A stretch of 64,000 nt of DNA from Candidatus Babeliales bacterium (GTDB taxonomy: Bacteria; Babelota; Babeliae; Babelales; JANWKD01), in the NCBI GenBank assembly GCA_963722075.1, contig CAVRJM010000001.1, positions 1,210,864-1,274,863 on the forward strand, given 5' to 3'. Under the pieces are notes generated by a model. That model did not search any database and was not told the DNA's origin. It saw nothing but the letters and a program-made list of their open reading frames with translations. Of this stretch, positions 61,671 to 64,000 are shown piece by piece. A program made the translations under genes and the position numbers. Positions within the stretch are counted from its first letter, which is position 1. Each line of letters opens with the position of its first letter.

Positions 61671-63926
61671 TTAGGTGCGACCGGAACGAGCCATTGCTAA
61701 TTCATTGCGGGCAACTACTTTAAATTGCTCTGGTGTTGCATTGTCCTTTATAATATTTTCTAAAAGACGTTCCATTTGGGGAATCTGGTTAAGAAGCTTA
61801 TGGCAATATGCTATCCTCAACGGTAAATTAGGAATTGCGTGATTAAGCTCCTTAGCCTTATTAAAGGAATATAATGCCTTTTGCGGGTTATTTACTTTTA
61901 AGTAGACTTCGCCCAAATTATACCAAGCATTTTTTTCTGCGGGAAAATTCTTTAAAAGTTTTTCATATATTTGTATAGAGCCGGTAAAGTTTTCATTTAG
62001 AAAATGCGCATGTGCTAAATTAAATATATTGTCTTTGGTTGGCTGTAATTCTACCAATTTACTATAGGCAAAGGCAGCCTCGCTGTATTTTTTTAAGCGC
62101 ATGGACATATGCCCATATAATTGAAACCCTGATTCATTATCTAAATCAGCTTGAGTACAAGCGGCTTTAAAACATTCAAAGGCTTTTTCTGCATTATCTT
62201 TATACAGATATACTTTGCCTAGATTAAAAAATGCTTTCCCATAATAAGGGCGTAATTTAATTGCATATTCTAATGCTTTTTCTGCTTGGTCATATTCTTT
62301 TTTAGTTATTAAGAATGAAGCAAGGTTGTTATAGGCTTCAGGGTACATAGGTTGAATCATAATGCTTTGGCGTAATGCAGCGATTGCCTTATCAAGATCG
62401 CCTAAAAAAGAATAAGCTACCGCAATATTATTAAGAGGATCTGGATATGAATTATCCATAGCAATTGCTTTATGATAATAAGGAAGCGCTTCTTTATATT
62501 GTCCTTTTTCAGATAATGCTACGGCATAATTATTATATGCGCGTGCTTTTCCGGGAGCATTTCTGATAATATTGCCCCAAAAATCCTCTCCTGAGCGCCA
62601 GACTTTATTTCGTTCATTGGTGGACCACCCTAATGACAGGGCTATAAGAAATAAAAAAAGATAATGAAAGTGTTGTTTATATTGTAGAAATTGTTCATAT
62701 TTTATTTTTTCAATCAGATAAATAAGCCCTTTTATGATAAAAATTGCAAGGAAAAAAGCCATACCAATTGAACCAACATACGTTTTATAATCAGTGAGTA
62801 GTTCTGAAGAAGGAATAAATGAAGAACGTGGCGCAATGCTGATTAAAAACCATAATAATCCCATAACATATAAGTTAACGGGATCATATCGTAACTGTTT
62901 GAAAATTATATAAGCAAGAGCACATAAAAGTAAAAAGGGAAAAAAGCAATCTAAGGAAAAGAAGCTATGAACTAATTTCCAATCATATTCTACACAAATA
63001 TCAAAAGGCCAAATAAAAATATAAAGATAATGCAGTATTACTTTAAATTGTGAAATGAAAAAATGGAGCGGTAGAATTTTATCCGTTGCTTTTTCAGTCA
63101 AAATATTACCAATGTTATTACGAGCTTCCATTTTAAAACCAAAAAGATTTACAAAAAATGATGGTTTTAAATAATAGATATATAATCCTATGATTAAAGA
63201 AGAGAACATAAGATGTATTAACAGTCGTTGTTTAAGCGATTCTATTGATCCTTGGGCGATAAAAAACCAATCAAAGAGAATAAGTAGTATCGGTGATATG
63301 ATAGCTATTTCTTTGGTGCCGCATGAAAAAGCGCCAAAAATGAATACTAAAGTTCCTAATAGATATTTTATTCCTGTTGAGGATGTTTTTGAATATCCTA
63401 AAAAGCATAAAACAATGAGCGCTATAAAAAAAGCAGCAAAACCTTCTAGCTGCCCTTGAATAACATAAGATACCGTTTGTGTTTGTACCGGATGGAGTAA
63501 AAAGATTGTTGCTGAAATAAATGCTAAAGAGAATGCATTATGGGTAAAAAATGATTTTTTCTTCAATCCGGTAAGCGCATAGTAAAATATAAAGAAAATA
63601 GTAATGCTGGTTAAAGAATGTATCGCTACATTTAATAATCTATAACTAAAGGGATCAAATTTTCCAATGGAATAATGAACAGTATTTACCCAATAACTGA
63701 TCCAACGAGAATGCCCAAAAAAAAGATCTTTAAGTGAAGCATGCCGTATACTAAAAAGTTTGGTAATGTTAGCTAAATCATCAAATTGAAAATTATAATG
63801 GAGTGATGATTTATAAAAAATAAATGAAAGAAACGATAAAATGATGGGAGAAATGATTAAATATATAAAAGAAGTGGGATGTGCTTCTTCTATAATTACG
63901 GCCTTTTGTGCCTTAATTTTTTTCAT
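61671..63926 (-). CDS. polytopic membrane protein with C-terminal TPR array (TMTC/PMT_2-like GT-C architecture)
   Basis: 751 aa with about 11 TM segments. The early motif is YNFQFDDLANITK. The C-terminal half has at least 8 TPR-like repeats (AYNNYAVALSEKGQYKEALPYYHKAI..., AYNNLASFL...). Confidence 0.75.
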   Translation of the reverse strand: MKKIKAQKAVIIEEAHPTSFIYLIISPIILSFLSFIFYKSSLHYNFQFDDLANITKLFSIRHASLKDLFFGHSRWISYWVNTVHYSIGKFDPFSYRLLNVAIHSLTSITIFFIFYYALTGLKKKSFFTHNAFSLAFISATIFLLHPVQTQTVSYVIQGQLEGFAAFFIALIVLCFLGYSKTSSTGIKYLLGTLVFIFGAFSCGTKEIAIISPILLILFDWFFIAQGSIESLKQRLLIHLMFSSLIIGLYIYYLKPSFFVNLFGFKMEARNNIGNILTEKATDKILPLHFFISQFKVILHYLYIFIWPFDICVEYDWKLVHSFFSLDCFFPFLLLCALAYIIFKQLRYDPVNLYVMGLLWFLISIAPRSSFIPSSELLTDYKTYVGSIGMAFFLAIFIIKGLIYLIEKIKYEQFLQYKQHFHYLFLFLIALSLGWSTNERNKVWRSGEDFWGNIIRNAPGKARAYNNYAVALSEKGQYKEALPYYHKAIAMDNSYPDPLNNIAVAYSFLGDLDKAIAALRQSIMIQPMYPEAYNNLASFLITKKEYDQAEKALEYAIKLRPYYGKAFFNLGKVYLYKDNAEKAFECFKAACTQADLDNESGFQLYGHMSMRLKKYSEAAFAYSKLVELQPTKDNIFNLAHAHFLNENFTGSIQIYEKLLKNFPAEKNAWYNLGEVYLKVNNPQKALYSFNKAKELNHAIPNLPLRIAYCHKLLNQIPQMERLLENIIKDNATPEQFKVVARNELAMARSGRT

Positions 63927-64000
63927 ACAATCCTCTTTTTTTTGTAAATTTTTAATAATCTATATGATCTATAAAAAACCTAACCCTTTTTTTGAGTTCA

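Noticed and set aside
1-64000. Searched by eye for tRNA, rRNA, RNase P, SRP RNA and CRISPR signatures.
   Set aside because: The only T-arm/acceptor-like sequence found belongs to the tmRNA. No repeat-spacer arrays or rRNA-like conserved blocks were seen. A covariance-model scan would be needed to be definitive.

Overview
This is an AT-rich bacterial chromosome segment that looks like it comes from an obligate host-associated organism, possibly a protist or amoeba symbiont (Dependentiae/TM6-, Legionellales- or Rickettsiales-like). Lineage cannot be resolved without searches. All calls come from reading motifs in the ORF translations and the DNA; no search or HMM was run.

Housekeeping genes: tsaB, a CapA-family phosphoesterase, photolyase, tmRNA, pgi, murI, two ndk genes, rpsA, an ATM1-like ABC exporter, and valS. 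There is also a translationally coupled zwf-gnd-cyclase operon.

These are interleaved with many ORFs that begin with Sec-type signal peptides and carry eukaryote-like or effector-like domains:
- three paralogous ankyrin proteins
- a macro domain protein
- a protein with C2H2 zinc fingers plus an NLS-like patch
- a fasciclin domain protein
- a C11 clostripain-like protease
- a TMTC-like GT-C+TPR protein
- small Cys-rich peptides

The most striking region lies downstream of ssrA (about 7.1-31.8 kb). In order it contains a Fic gene, an orphan 5' fragment of a second tmRNA, two IS4-superfamily insertion sequences with 6-bp target duplications, and two tandem paralogous 1,131/1,261-aa secreted proteins. 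Those paralogs combine a vicinal-cysteine repeat stalk, a parallel beta-helix and a 7-blade beta-propeller. After them come a rarA 3' remnant, a small Cys-rich ORF bracketed by GC-rich palindromic elements, and an 11.2-kb gene. That gene encodes a 3,738-aa fibre-like protein with nested repeats and a C1q/TNF-like C-terminal head.

Two housekeeping genes (gnd, valS) are each interrupted at an A8 run, and the same +1 A restores both. A family of GC-rich palindromic intergenic repeats is scattered through the window. No CRISPR array, rRNA or tRNA was seen. Base-level coordinates of non-ORF features may be off by 1-2 nt.
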